From positions 464,374-528,373 of the forward strand of contig NW_002060958.1 of assembly GCF_000150275.1 (NCBI RefSeq): 64,000 nucleotides of DNA, written 5' to 3'. This document shows, piece after piece, positions 41,760 to 53,730 of this stretch (positions are counted from its first letter, which is position 1; every line of letters begins with the position of its first letter). The DNA is from Trichoplax adhaerens (lineage: Eukaryota; Animalia; Placozoa). The notes beneath the pieces are model-generated. The model had not been told where the DNA came from and made no database searches. It saw only the letters and a list, made by a program, of their open reading frames with translations. The position numbers and the translations under genes are program-made.

Positions 41760-41815
41760 CCTGCTGCTACTGACGTAAATTGGACGCCAAAACAAACACG
41801 GAAGCAAATACGATC
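41760..41815 (+). promoter_or_regulatory. Probable core promoter of the Caspr/neurexin-like gene
   Basis: CRE-like TGACGTAA, inverted CCAAT-like ATTGG and ETS-like CGGAAG lie within about 40 bp, roughly 150 bp upstream of the signal-peptide exon. An acceptor TTTTACAG at about 41931 suggests a 5'UTR intron. Confidence 0.4.
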
Positions 41816-41949
41816 ATTCCTTAATTCAATATATTGTACGCTGTATTTTCTGTGCTAGGTCGGTAAAATCAAGCCGTTTCTTTATCCAATCGGTACAAAA
41901 TTTTGTAGTCTATTTTAACTGCCTTTTTACAGTATCAAGGTGGAGAAGG

Positions 41950-44900
41950 ATGATGATGGCAAAATTATCTTGGACGGGCTTCCTATTATCAGTATTGACC
42001 ATTTTTTCCTGCTGGTCCACAGCACGTAAGTACAAGATTGTTTCTTTTAGTCAGTCAAGATTGTAGTCATACTGGCAAGATGGCAATGCAGTTGTACTAC
42101 TACAAATAGTGTCCATTGCTTTGAAAATATAAAAACATAGTATATGGACCGTTATCCAATGCTTACACAGTCATGCTGAGGCAATATTGCGTGAAAAAAT
42201 TCAATCCATGCTTTGCTATCATCATAACTATGCGTTTGGTATGTTACTCACCACGATGAAACAGGAGTAATTGAATCTACTGGCCAACTTTGATCATGCA
42301 TGGCTATATCCAAAGAGCAAAAATTCCAAACATTTTCAATTGGAATTGGATTTAGCCGTTTGATGTACTGTAGAGGGTGTCCTTTTTTTAGTCGCCATTG
42401 GATCGAAATGGCAGTGTTGTCAAAAAAAGGCGGAAAAACCATGTGCTGATTACCGGCCATCATGCATTTTTTCATAAAAATCGACATCATCAATGCGTGA
42501 TGGACGAAAAAATAACTGAAACAAGGAATCAACCATAGTTAATCATATTCGCCTATTTTGAAAGTGTTCAAAATCTGCAGACTATTGGGTAATTGATTTG
42601 GATTGCTCTCTCTGCATCGCAACTACCGTAAAAGATTCTATCAATTTTTTCCTAGAAAATGGATACGTTTCGAACATGATTAACTGTAAAGTTGCTTATG
42701 TACAGTTCGTCATGATCTTCTTGTACAGATACCTTATTCTTATAGCGCAATATTCACATTTCTTTACAAGTACCTAACGAGCAAGCGATATCTTGCTGCG
42801 ATGATCGCTAGGATGGTATTACAACGAATTGTGGATGCCCGCTTTATTCTACAATTTTAAGAGTACTGCGAAAAGGAATGTAGAATACGACTCTTGAAAT
42901 ACATTGATATTTCTTTTGCCCACTATAGAACGACTATAGAATAACACCAAATGCAGCCATATCGGGCTGGTTAACCATGCATTAAACTCCCAAATTGAAA
43001 AGGCGCGTAGTGAAGTATATCAACCAAATGAAACTATAATCATACTGTGCAAGAGTGACTAGTCATTGCTAGGAATATCGTAGGCTCTCAACTAATGATA
43101 ACTGCTCGGCTTGCGATGAGAAATAGGAGAGGGTAAAGATAGTTTTGATAATTTATTGTGCATTGCACATATTACAGATGCTAATTGCTTACATAAACTT
43201 TCAACTCACACCAATGCAGGAAAAACGGATACTTTGGGAAGTAATTCAAAAATTGTAAATACTGTAGTAAACATGTAGTCCGTTAACCTTCTACCCGATG
43301 CTACATAATAATCAAGACATATTACGAATGGTTCATGATTACTTTTGCTTTCAAGCCAGATTACGTTCGCAAATATAGTCACAGCACATTTTGCAATCGT
43401 GTAAAAATGGGCTTGCATACGGCGCAACTTCATGCTTTACAAGTAAACTCCACGTCCTTATGAAGGCCAAGATGAGATAGAGAAGGGTTGGGTTAAACTA
43501 TTGCTACTATAGTTGCTAGACTAAGATTATTACTAACTGCAGTAGTTGCTACATCTTCAGAAATGCTTAGTTCCTTCATCGATTAATTATCTGCTATCAA
43601 TTTTTAGTTTTCATTCTCTCATTATTTAAATAGTGTATGCTACCTACGATTGGCTACTTTTAGTCTATAAACAACTGGTGTAACCGGGTAGGATAATACA
43701 TGATGGATAATAAAGAACTTATGATTAATATTCTGCTGTAGTGAACTCCGAAATGGTGCATGTTTTTATTCTACTGCTTTCTAATGCATATGTTCAAGTG
43801 GATTAACCTTTGCAGTATCGTCGGCCAAATAAAACGTATACAATACTTTACAACAGGATAAGTTTCCTTAACCGATTGTAAACTATATCATTAGGTTGCG
43901 TCTGTAGACTGCTGCCATGACAGTGCTCCATCGTCTCACTGATACAGTAGTTTAGTTTCAAAGTTAACAAGAAGTATAAATCAATTTATTTCTTTCCTAC
44001 CAATATAGATGCATATGGTCACTTTGATGGTTTGGGATATGCGTATTACGATACTACTTCCAGTCGTACCATTTCCTCACTCACTAATACAATATCGATG
44101 CAATTAAAAACTTTTGCTACGGACGGCGTATTGTTGATGGCTACTGGAAATAATAATTATATAGTAGTAGAATTGCATGCAGGTTATGTCAGGCTAAGAA
44201 TCCGATTTAGTGGCACAACTGGAGCTGATTATATTATTAGCAATGGCGTTAAAATTTCCGACAATCAATGGCATCGTGTGGAATTTACACGCGATCGATT
44301 TTTTGGATCTTTGACTGTCGATGGCATTAGGTCTCCTAACGATTACCGAGATCAAGGTGAACGTGCTAGTATCATTATCAACCAGATGATATACGTTGGT
44401 GGTGTCCCTAGCAATATTAACGCAGCCAGTAATTTATACACACTACGCAACTATACTGGTTGCTTACGTTATGTCGTTTTCAATGGAATTACAATCCTTT
44501 CTAACGCACTCAGTAACCAGGTAAGTTATGGTTATGTTGGTAAAATTACGAATAGCACTGATTGTGAAACTACGCCTGAACAATTTGTTGCGGCTCAAGT
44601 TCGATCTGAAACTTCAAGTATTACAACTTCATGGACCCCTTCTAGCCGATGTGACTACTCATTTGAATTCTGGTTTCGCACTACGGATAGTGGAAATAAC
44701 CGTGAATTAGTTTTTCTTGATGCAACGAATAGTATTGTTATTAATTTGAATGGAGGAATTGTTACAATGCTATTGTTTGGCACCTTTAACGTTCACAACT
44801 TTAAACCTAAAGTCGCTGATGGATCCTGGCATTTGCTTAAATTAACAGCATCGTGTACAAACATTCGCGTATACGTTGATGATGATTCTTCGGTTATTAC

Positions 44901-47857
44901 TTTTTCCCAGACTTTGACGACACAACAAAGTCCACAGATAACTATCGGTTTGAAAAATATAAGGAGCTTTACTGGATGTGTACGAGGCATAAAGATAGAT
45001 AATGTCTTAGAGCGAGTTGGTAGTAATAAATTTATCCGCAGTGGTATTTCACTTAATAGTTGCCCCATTCAAAATTTCTGTCAACCATTCTTCCCTTGCT
45101 ATAATAACGCTACGTGTACTAGTTCTTCCACTTCATTTACTTGTAATTGCGGCACTAACAGCAACTACGAAGGTTTCTATTGCCAAACATGTGAGTCACT
45201 TACAAAACCATAACGAAATACTTCACTATTGTAGTGCTCATTATAATCAATTTCTACTGTATACTAAAACGATATAAATTCAATTCAATCATGCTATCAA
45301 TAATAGATAAGTATCGAAGAAATTGCGAAGAAATTTTTATCGCTAACCCTTCCTCTCCAACCGGTTGGTATACAATCGATCCGGACGGACCTCATGGGCC
45401 CAATCTTCCGTTCCCAACTCAGTGCTTTACTGACTCTCGTGCTACTACTCAAGTATCTAATAATCGGGAAGGCTTTGCGAGAGTTCCCGTCTCATCTCAA
45501 TATATTGGTCCCGGCAGTTTCGTTGCAAATATTATTTACCGCGATGGCCCAGCATCATCTATAAAGAATATAAGCATTGGGCAAGCTGCTGCCTTAGCTG
45601 ATATCTCTCAAAGCTGTTCACAAACTGTAACGTATCGTTGTATGAAATCAGTTCTTCTTAATACACCTAACACCCCCTACGGCTGGTGGGTATCAAGAAA
45701 TGACGAAAAAATTGTAAGCTGGGGCGGAGCACCTACTAATTCAATGAAATGTAGTTGTGGTGTTACTAACAGTTGTTATAACAGGACTAAAATGTGCAAT
45801 TGTGACGCCAATCATGATTCAGTACGGGACGATTCCGGAGCTCTGACAGATAAGAGCCGCCTTCCTGTCAAACAACTAAAATTTGGTTACGAAGATATTG
45901 GAAGCAATCCACTCGCACTTTATTCTCTTGGTAAACTAAATTGTAGAAACAGAGGTAATTGCTATGCTTGTAAATATACTGAGCTAATTATTGATTAATA
46001 GTATTATCGAGCGCTGCCTACTAGTGATTCCTACTTGTCTGTTGATTTAATACTACTGAATAAACTAAAATTTTATTAAGTACATTTAAATGCTTTATAT
46101 GGTTATCTAGCAAATCCTAAGCACGTCATTACGTTTACAACACGCGAGTCAACAGTTCAATTCCCGACTTGGCAAGCTGAGTTTAATGGCTACATAGAAC
46201 TAGCGTTTAGATCTAGTATTAGTAACGGTGTGTTATTGAAGAACACTGGTAGATATGGATCTTTCATAAGATTAGCCGTGCAGCCAAAATTGATAACGTT
46301 AAATTACAATCTTGGGCAAGGTGGCGGCAATCAGGTTCTTCAAGTGAAAGCCGTAGGTAACACAGGTTTTGACGATAATGAGTGGCATAGAATTCGACTA
46401 TCTTGTGCGTTATATCGCACTAGCTTAAAAGTTGACGACCAACCGGAAGCTACAAATTCTTCTCTACCTAATTATCAGTTAGTAAGGCTTGATATCGATA
46501 GTCCTCTCGTGCTAGGTGGTGATCTTACCAAGTAAGTTTGCACACATTTGCTTAGTTAAATCTGATCTTCCATACAATTTTATCGTAAAATGCGATAGAA
46601 GTTAATTGTTTTTATAAAATGTTATTTTTTCTGCGAAAATGAGCAGTGGAATGAATGGCTATGTAGGTTGTATTGGCGATTTATATATAGGCGAAAATTT
46701 AAAGAAGTTAGATACTATCGTTGCTGCTATTGCCGGGGTGAGAAGCGGCTGTGGTAAGGCATGCTCCTTAGGTCCGTGCCAACATAATACATCTTGTACT
46801 GGAGATTACCTTAACTTTCAGTGTGACTGCAAGAATACTTTATGGACTGGACGGACATGCCAAGCACGTAAGTTTCAATTATAAAGAACTCGTTATTGTG
46901 ATTATTGTAAGCAGCAATTGCTGAAATGTTTCATTCCTATAAATACATAAATTGAGATGAATGTTATAATGGTTAAATTTCTGAAATGTCATAAGTATTC
47001 TAAATGGTAAAGTTTTATTCTATCGATATTATTTCCTTTCAGCAAAAGGAGCTCATTTTTCTGGTGGTAATATTATCGAATACAAGGCAAATGAAACTTT
47101 AGCTAGCCTTGCTGATGGCACCCAAGACATCAGTTTTAATTTTGTCTCCAATGCAACAACTATTAAAATTTTTGATATTCAGACTAACAATGGGCAAAAG
47201 ATAGAATTTGGACTAGATAACGGTCAGGCATACCTTTCCGTGAATAGCAATCGATCTCCATTACAAGGATTTATAAGCGACGAACAAAGCCATCAAGTCA
47301 TTATTAGCCCAACTACCAATTCAATTTCAATCGATGGAGATCGCAATGTGTTAGGAAGTATTCCTTCTGTTTTAGATTTACCGACAGTCCAAATAGGGAG
47401 TTCTGGCAATAGTAGATTAACCTCGATGTGTGTTTATAACGTTTCATTCATCGGCATACCAATTATGGCTTACGCGTTTAGTAATGCTCAAAATCCATCT
47501 ATTACATCAACACCTAACTCTGGAAATCAAGGAGCAACAGAATCAGTTTGTGTAGCCGGTAATGTCATAAAGACTCCGGCGCCTACTACACCTTCAATTC
47601 GTGCAACATCACTAAGTACGGGAGCTTCTACTACAGCAAGTACTCAATTAGTAGGAATCCCTCCAGGTGGAATTGTAGGTATAGTTATTGGTCTAATTAT
47701 TCTTATGGTCATCATAGCGTGGGCGTACATAAAATTTGCAAATAAAACTAGAGGCAAATATTCGATTAATACAGAATATGGCAAGACTAACGCTTATTCT
47801 GATGCAACTTTGAATACGGTCAACGCTGATAAGAATCCGAAAGAATGGTTTTTATAA
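41950..47857 (+). CDS. Caspr/CNTNAP/neurexin-IV-like type I membrane protein (SP-LamG-LamG-EGF-fibrinogen-like-LamG-EGF-LamG-TM-PDZ ligand)
   Basis: Phase-compatible exons: 41950-42025 (signal peptide MMMAKLSWTGFLLSVLTIFSCWSTA), 44009-45190, 45307-45954, 46111-46531, about 46647-46867 and 47043-47857. LamG motifs DNQWHRV, DGSWH, DDNEWH and FTGCVR; EGF repeats; Caspr-type fibrinogen-like segment YTIDPDGP...CSQTVTYRC...GWWVSRN...WGGA...CNCDAN...DSGALTDKSRLPV; a TM helix; juxtamembrane RGKYSIN; C-terminus KEWFL*. Confidence 0.92.
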
Positions 47858-50800
47858 ATTAATTCAAAACGTTAAAGCTTCGTGTCACTTTTTAATTTTA
47901 TGGCTATTGAAAGATAAAAGTTTAAATTAGTATCTTTTCAAATCATTGTTTTGTGGTAGGCTATTCAAAATCCGAAAAAGAAATGCCGCTTATATCTGCT
48001 AATGTTAAGTCAATGGTGCAGCAGTACATAGTTTAAAGTATTTCATGTACAGTATGCACGCAATCTGCAATTTCATTATGATTGTACCCTAAACCAAGAT
48101 GTATTGTAGTACTTTTTAGTACATTCTTAATTCTTTCATTTATCGTATACTGTGACGCAAATTGTATTACAGGTATTCGAAGTAAAATTATGATATAGCA
48201 GATACAATGGCATAAAATCCACAAATACCTTAATTATTATATCAGGTTCTTTTAAATTCATGTATTCTTTCTATACTCAAAATGAAAGTAAGTAATGATT
48301 ATTGCCGTTATTGCATTTAATAAGCGTTCTTAAATAATATGTAATATTAGAATTTATGCACCTGTAGTACAGTAGTATTAGTGGGCTATCGATAGATAAG
48401 GTTTGATAATACCTTGATTGACTATGTCAAAGTAAATCAGGGCATATTTACAAGTGCAGAATACTTGGTCATTTTTGTGAGTATCTATACCGCCTGTAAA
48501 TGAAAGTAGACACCTTTGCCGTGAAAAATCTTTATGGTGATAACGGCGAGACTTACAATAATGAGAGATTGACATCTTGTACTTAAATTTGTTAAGACAG
48601 CGTATTGTGGTTTGACCATGTTGTGCAATCGATGCTTTTTTGAATTTTCTTTCTTCATTTTTGTCGTCTATTCTGCTTGTTATTTGACTGTATGTCGGCT
48701 TTCTTAAATTTAGAATTGCATATGACCTCTAGTATTTATTTTGTTACCGTTATATGTGCTGAATTTTTCTGGCCAGTTGATATGATAGCCTAGTATACAA
48801 CCAGTACGACAAGAACTACTCTATATCTTATGCCAGTGCTAATTACTGGAACTGACTATCAAACATAACTTTAAAATAATTTGTGCATTATAATTTACAA
48901 TGTGTGCAGTATTATATAACAAATAAAGGAATTTCTTTAAAATAATTGTTTGCCATCTCTTATTACGTATTCTAATTAATGAAGTGTATGAATTTATGAC
49001 ATTATGTATCATTTCTACTGCTTCATGGTTGATTTGTTTTACATTCTCGTACCGAAACCTCATTTTTTCTATTGTTTTGTTTTATTGACAAGTAAGGCGA
49101 TATTCAAATCACTGTTTTTGCAATTTCACAGACTATTAATGGTATCAACGATAATTTAAATAAAAACGGCATAAAATGTGGTAACATTTTGGTGATTCCT
49201 GCTGTCCAACACTAGTATCAGTAAGTTGATGGCCGATTGATTTTCTGGTTAAATCTTGTGGGTCATTCTACTATAATCATTAACTGTGAATAGATAAAAA
49301 TTGCAGTAAATGTTGATTAGATTTTAAATTAAAAATGCTTTAACGATCAGGTAATAACATGCATGTTATCATGATCAATTTCAAATATACCTGATGCTGA
49401 AATTGCAAATATTGAAATAGTCAACGCCTTTTTAGATTCGTAGCGATACTCCTAAAAAACAGGACTCGAGATTCATTTTATTTTCGTCTACCTATTGTAA
49501 TCTCATCGCTTGAATTAATCGAGCTATCTTACGAGCGCAAATTAATATCATCTCTTTGCTATAGATAAAAGCACTTGGCAAAAGCCATGTTACTAAAGTC
49601 AATTTGTAATTGACTAAAGTTTAATTATTGCGAATAATATTTTACGCCAATTAATTGCTAGGGTAGTGAACACTGAGCTGACTGATTACTGCAATAAGCG
49701 AAGATTTCACATTCGTAATAGTTGACTTATCGTGAGCAAACTTTGTCCATTTAATGTTAACATTAATTAACGATCTCAAAATTAAAACTTTGGCGTACAA
49801 CGTTGTACTATTACAATCATAAGACAAAAAACTCCATTATAGTATCTTGGTACAGTAATATTACATATTAGGTACAGTCTAAATATTAAAGCTGTACAGC
49901 ACTGTCTTCGAGTAGCCAGTCTTTAACCTACGGGCTTTTATTGTATCTCCTCGATTTATATGAATCTATTTTTTCAATATTTTATTTTCTTTCTTTCTGT
50001 TAATACGTAATCTAAACTTATCTAACTACCCATTAATTTACACATTTTATTTACAAATTTTATAACTTTTAGATAAAAGCATTATAATTTATTTAAACTT
50101 AGTCTAATTCGCTTGCATATCATCGAAAACTAGAAAGCGTCATTAATGCCAGTAGGAATATTTACAAAAGTATATAGAAATCTAAACTTGCCAATCCACA
50201 GGATTGCTGAATTTCATGTCTTATGCTGATGTCGTAACGTGGCTCGAATTTAGCCAATTGCATTGCATTTTAGATAGCAATTGCAATAGGAAGCGATACT
50301 AATGTGCCGGTTTAGATTGTATGCCAACTCGTATGAAGTAAATTTAATCCAATTGAAATCAAGTGAAATTACGTATCTGCCGTTGAAAGTCTGCAACTGA
50401 ATTCATTTATAATTTACAGTAGCAGTATTCTACAATTTGACAGCTACAGGAACTTTATGGAAAGTTAAGTGGACGCCCATAAATATACTTATATTATTAG
50501 TCGGCGTTGAATGATAAAAGTTCACAATGATTGAAAAGGAAATACTGATTTTAATTCGTGGAGAGATTCCATTTTTCATTTCTAATATTACTTCTGAATA
50601 CTAATTGTAAACACTATCCTGCTTTAAGCCAATTACCAGTTTATACTTGGGAACGCGACCTACAGTAGTAATGGCGACTTCCCCATTACATATCCTTAAA
50701 ATTACAGTAAGTAATTGTATTTCATTGCTGAGATGACTATTGGCATCGTCATACGGTCTTCACAAATTTTAACCGGCTTCATTATTAATAATCGTTAGTA

Positions 50801-51999
50801 TCGTCAAGGTTGCATAATTTGATAAAACAGATGACTTGTAGTCATTTATTGTAGAATAGTAGAGCAGAGCGTTTACTTTGTCCACTGTTAGGAAAGACTG
50901 TTGTCTTAAGTACCTTAATCGAGCAGATTTGCATTTGGCTACAAATAAAGGCATGATCAATTCCGCCTATTTAAGCTAATACTTCAAGCAATAAAAGTGG
51001 ATTCTGGGAAGATTTATGCGTGGCTTCGGCTTAATTGAACAAACTTTTTTCCATTCTTCTATTTTAATCACTATCGCACAATAAATTTTCGAATAAAGCT
51101 TTTTATCATTAAAATTGATCTTTGTTGTTGACCTCGATATTTCCCATGCAGTCCTCTACTGTATGGCTAAAGGAGATTTTTTTTCTCCGTTGAAAAAGTT
51201 TCATTATACAACTAGTGGGCAATTATGGGGCATGAATTTACTATCCATGTTGCTAACACAGCAAGTGAATTGTTACCGACGCTTTCAAATACTTGATAGC
51301 ACCCTGCCAGCTACCAGCTGTAGTCGAAATGATGAAAGCCATGACCGACTGCCGCCATATAGGTAATATCACACGTCCAGTGGAACGCGTAAACTGTATT
51401 ATATCAACATCTATTTCTTCCTATCTGGAAGGAAAAATTGATCCTTTATTGGAAAATAGATAGAATACTTGTAGATGTCTGAAATAGTATAACAATACAC
51501 TACTTTAATGATACCAAACTATCAGCTGAAGTATCTAGAAAGAGACATAGATCACCGACTCAGTTTAGTGCTACACTAGCGATGCCATTAGTTGCATTAC
51601 TGTTTCTTTGTCCTTTAACGCCGTCGGTAGTCGAATGCACATAATGTACAGTGCAGAAAGGGCCCTTGGTTAGTGATTTACGATCGATTTTTAAAATAGC
51701 TATCGCATCGAAATCCAATTTGGAAAAAGCTTTGATATACAGTGATGCTTATTGTAAAGCTTGTTTAATTAAGCTCTTACTGTGTAACCCGCTATTCCAA
51801 CGGCACTGGTATGTCTATAAGCACTGTTCATAGTTGGTAACTTTTATTTCAGATCAAATAAACACCATCAAAATGGCCAAGCAATGGACAATATGTTCAA
51901 TTGTTCCATTTCAGCAATGGTGTAAATGATGTTTGATAAGGATATGGCCACAGCCTTGAGTGTGGCGGCGCACAATAGAACGACGAATTAATCCTTGAC

Positions 52000-52570
52000 C
52001 CTAGTTTATTTTGGAAACAATTTATTTCATTGACCGCGTTTCCTTAACTATCTATCTCGCGCAGGATAGAGGCCCTGTATCTAAAGTAATTATGCACAAG
52101 TGTAATTTTATGATGACAAGAATTGCTTGCCAATTTTTGCAACCTAGTTTATTTTGGAAAGAATTTATTTTATTGACGGTTTGCTGAACTATCTATCTCG
52201 CGCAGGATAGAGACCCTGTATCTAAAGTGATTAAGCACAAGTGTAATTTTATGATGACAAGAATTGCTTGCCAATTTTTGCAACCTAGTTTATTTTGGAA
52301 AGAATTTATTTTATTGACGGTTTGCTGAACTATCTATCTCGCGCAGGATAGAGACCCTGTATCTAAAGTGATTAAGCACAAGTGTAATTTTGTGATGACA
52401 AGAACTGCTTGCCAATTTTTGCAACCTACAGTAGTTTATTTTGGAAAGAATTTATTTCATTGACGGTTTGCTGAACTATCTATCTCGCGCAGGATAGAGG
52501 CCCTGTATCTAAAGTGATTATGCACAAATGCAATTTTGTGATGACAACCATTGCTTGCCAATTTTTGTAA
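52000..52570. repeat. Tandem repeat, 4 copies of about 141 bp
   Basis: CCTAGTTTATTTTGGAAAGAATTTATT...CTATCTATCTCGCGCAGGATAGAG...GCTTGCCAATTTTTGCAA starts at 52000, 52143, 52284 and 52425. Confidence 0.97.
52427..52433. mobile_element. Tc1/mariner-type excision footprint (TA-CAG-TA)
   Basis: Copies 1-3 of the 141-bp repeat read CCTAGTTT; copy 4 reads CCTACAGTAGTTT, i.e. a duplicated TA plus CAG. Confidence 0.75.
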
Positions 52571-53229
52571 TCATTTGCATTTGCATGCATGCAATGCCAA
52601 TTTCTCCATTCTTTGTAAGAGCAGTCTGCAATTTGCTTAAGATGAAAAGTCTTGTAAGACTGTACAAAAGCAAATGAATTGAACATTTGCTAGTTACTAT
52701 TATTAGAATGGTCTTTACTCCTCTTTTTTTTTTTCATCCCCTAACTCAACCTTACCATTGGCCATTAGCCCCGGCGAGAGCCGCATCCATCGTTTTTCAA
52801 CTTTACAAGTCAGCCTGTCAATTTTGAACCATTCTCGGATTGTCCGGCCTTGGAAATTAGCCATACATATCATGTATATGTATGACATTATAATATACTG
52901 TACATGTAGTGAAGTGAAGTCTGTTGGGAGACTTAAGCTGCAATACCTTCTTGAGTAGACTACAACGAATTTTCAATTTCATTGTTTAAGAAAACATTAT
53001 TTTAGGCAATAAAAGATGATTTTATGTTTTTGGGTAACTCTATCCGTAGACTAGTCCCTGTCTTGATGAAAAGGTACAAAAGAAATTTCTTGATATTGTT
53101 GCAAGAGCAATGGCACAGAGCGCAAGTTGAACAAGAAAGACTGTACTTGTAGTTTCCACATGTTCAAGAAACTTGATGCTCTTCTGGCAATGATGCTAAC
53201 TTACACGGCTTGCAAATGGACTAAACTGA

Positions 53230-53730
53230 ATTGGTTTGAGTGAGATTGTCAAGCCCAAGTGGAGCAATGTTTGAAAAGTCGTCCATGGCCGTGTGCTCTA
53301 TCGGTGTTGTTTTGGGCCGACTACCGCCAATCTGAAGGTGTATTGCCACCCCATGTCTGGGACTCCGTCTGGACACTGTCCAGGTTATTGTCAGTGTCAA
53401 ACAGGTGCAGAGTTTTTCTCTCACAGGTACTCCGTCGTCAGCACTCACTGCCTACTGGATACTGTCCATTGTACTGTAGAGTACAGTACTATGGATGGTG
53501 TCCATAGGTACTGTATCCGAATTGACGCCCACATCCCTGAATGGTCAGTAGGTGACACTCGACCACTGGCGTAACCTGTCCCCACTCTCTTCCATGGCTG
53601 TCTGTCCGAAGACCAAGCTTTGGATGCCCCCCCTCCGTCCACGACTTGAATGCTTGCCAACGTCCAAGACAATAAATTGTGGGTAGAGTACGCATACTAG
53701 TGTTGATTTTCCATACGAAAGGCGTCGTGA
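53230..53730 (+). pseudogene. Degenerate adenain/Ulp1-like (clan CE) maturation protease of a Polinton-like element
   Basis: Frameshifted blocks: GLSE..QVEQCLKSRP; SGH(C) at 53371-53379, where TGT is one substitution from TGG (GHW); QVIVSVK/GAEFFS/TGTP (compare GEYFDSYG.P); ACQRP/KTINCG with Gln codon at 53658 and Cys codon at 53678 (7 codons minus 1 nt, the adenain Q-to-C spacing); then EYA/ILVLIFHTKG. Confidence 0.55.

Larger units (their letters stand above)
51930..52800 (-). pseudogene. Degenerate A32/FtsK-HerA-type packaging ATPase of a Polinton-like element
   Basis: Minus strand, in the expected order: Walker A-like GLMANGK (52771-52751); eroded Walker B-like RLFILSKLQ (52649-52626); LQKLASNGCHHKIAFVHNHFRYRASILREIDSSAN (compare LFTKGSHHRNISVIFITQNLF...RTISLNA); NEINCFQN; FYCA/ATLK/CGHILIK (about 51932-51975; compare AY.DAT.KPYGYLLID). 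Multiple frameshifts and stops. Confidence 0.5.

Noticed and set aside
52000-52570. CRISPR-like array (also considered for 40131-40578 and 1997-2752)
   Set aside because: Units repeat head-to-tail in full with no unique spacers, there are no cas genes, and the DNA is eukaryotic.
39893-53730. A single intact 14-kb Polinton that captured the Caspr-like gene
   Set aside because: No terminal inverted repeats, pPolB or convincing integrase were seen, and the intervening gene is an ordinary intron-containing host gene. Two separate remnants or a rearranged relic are more plausible.
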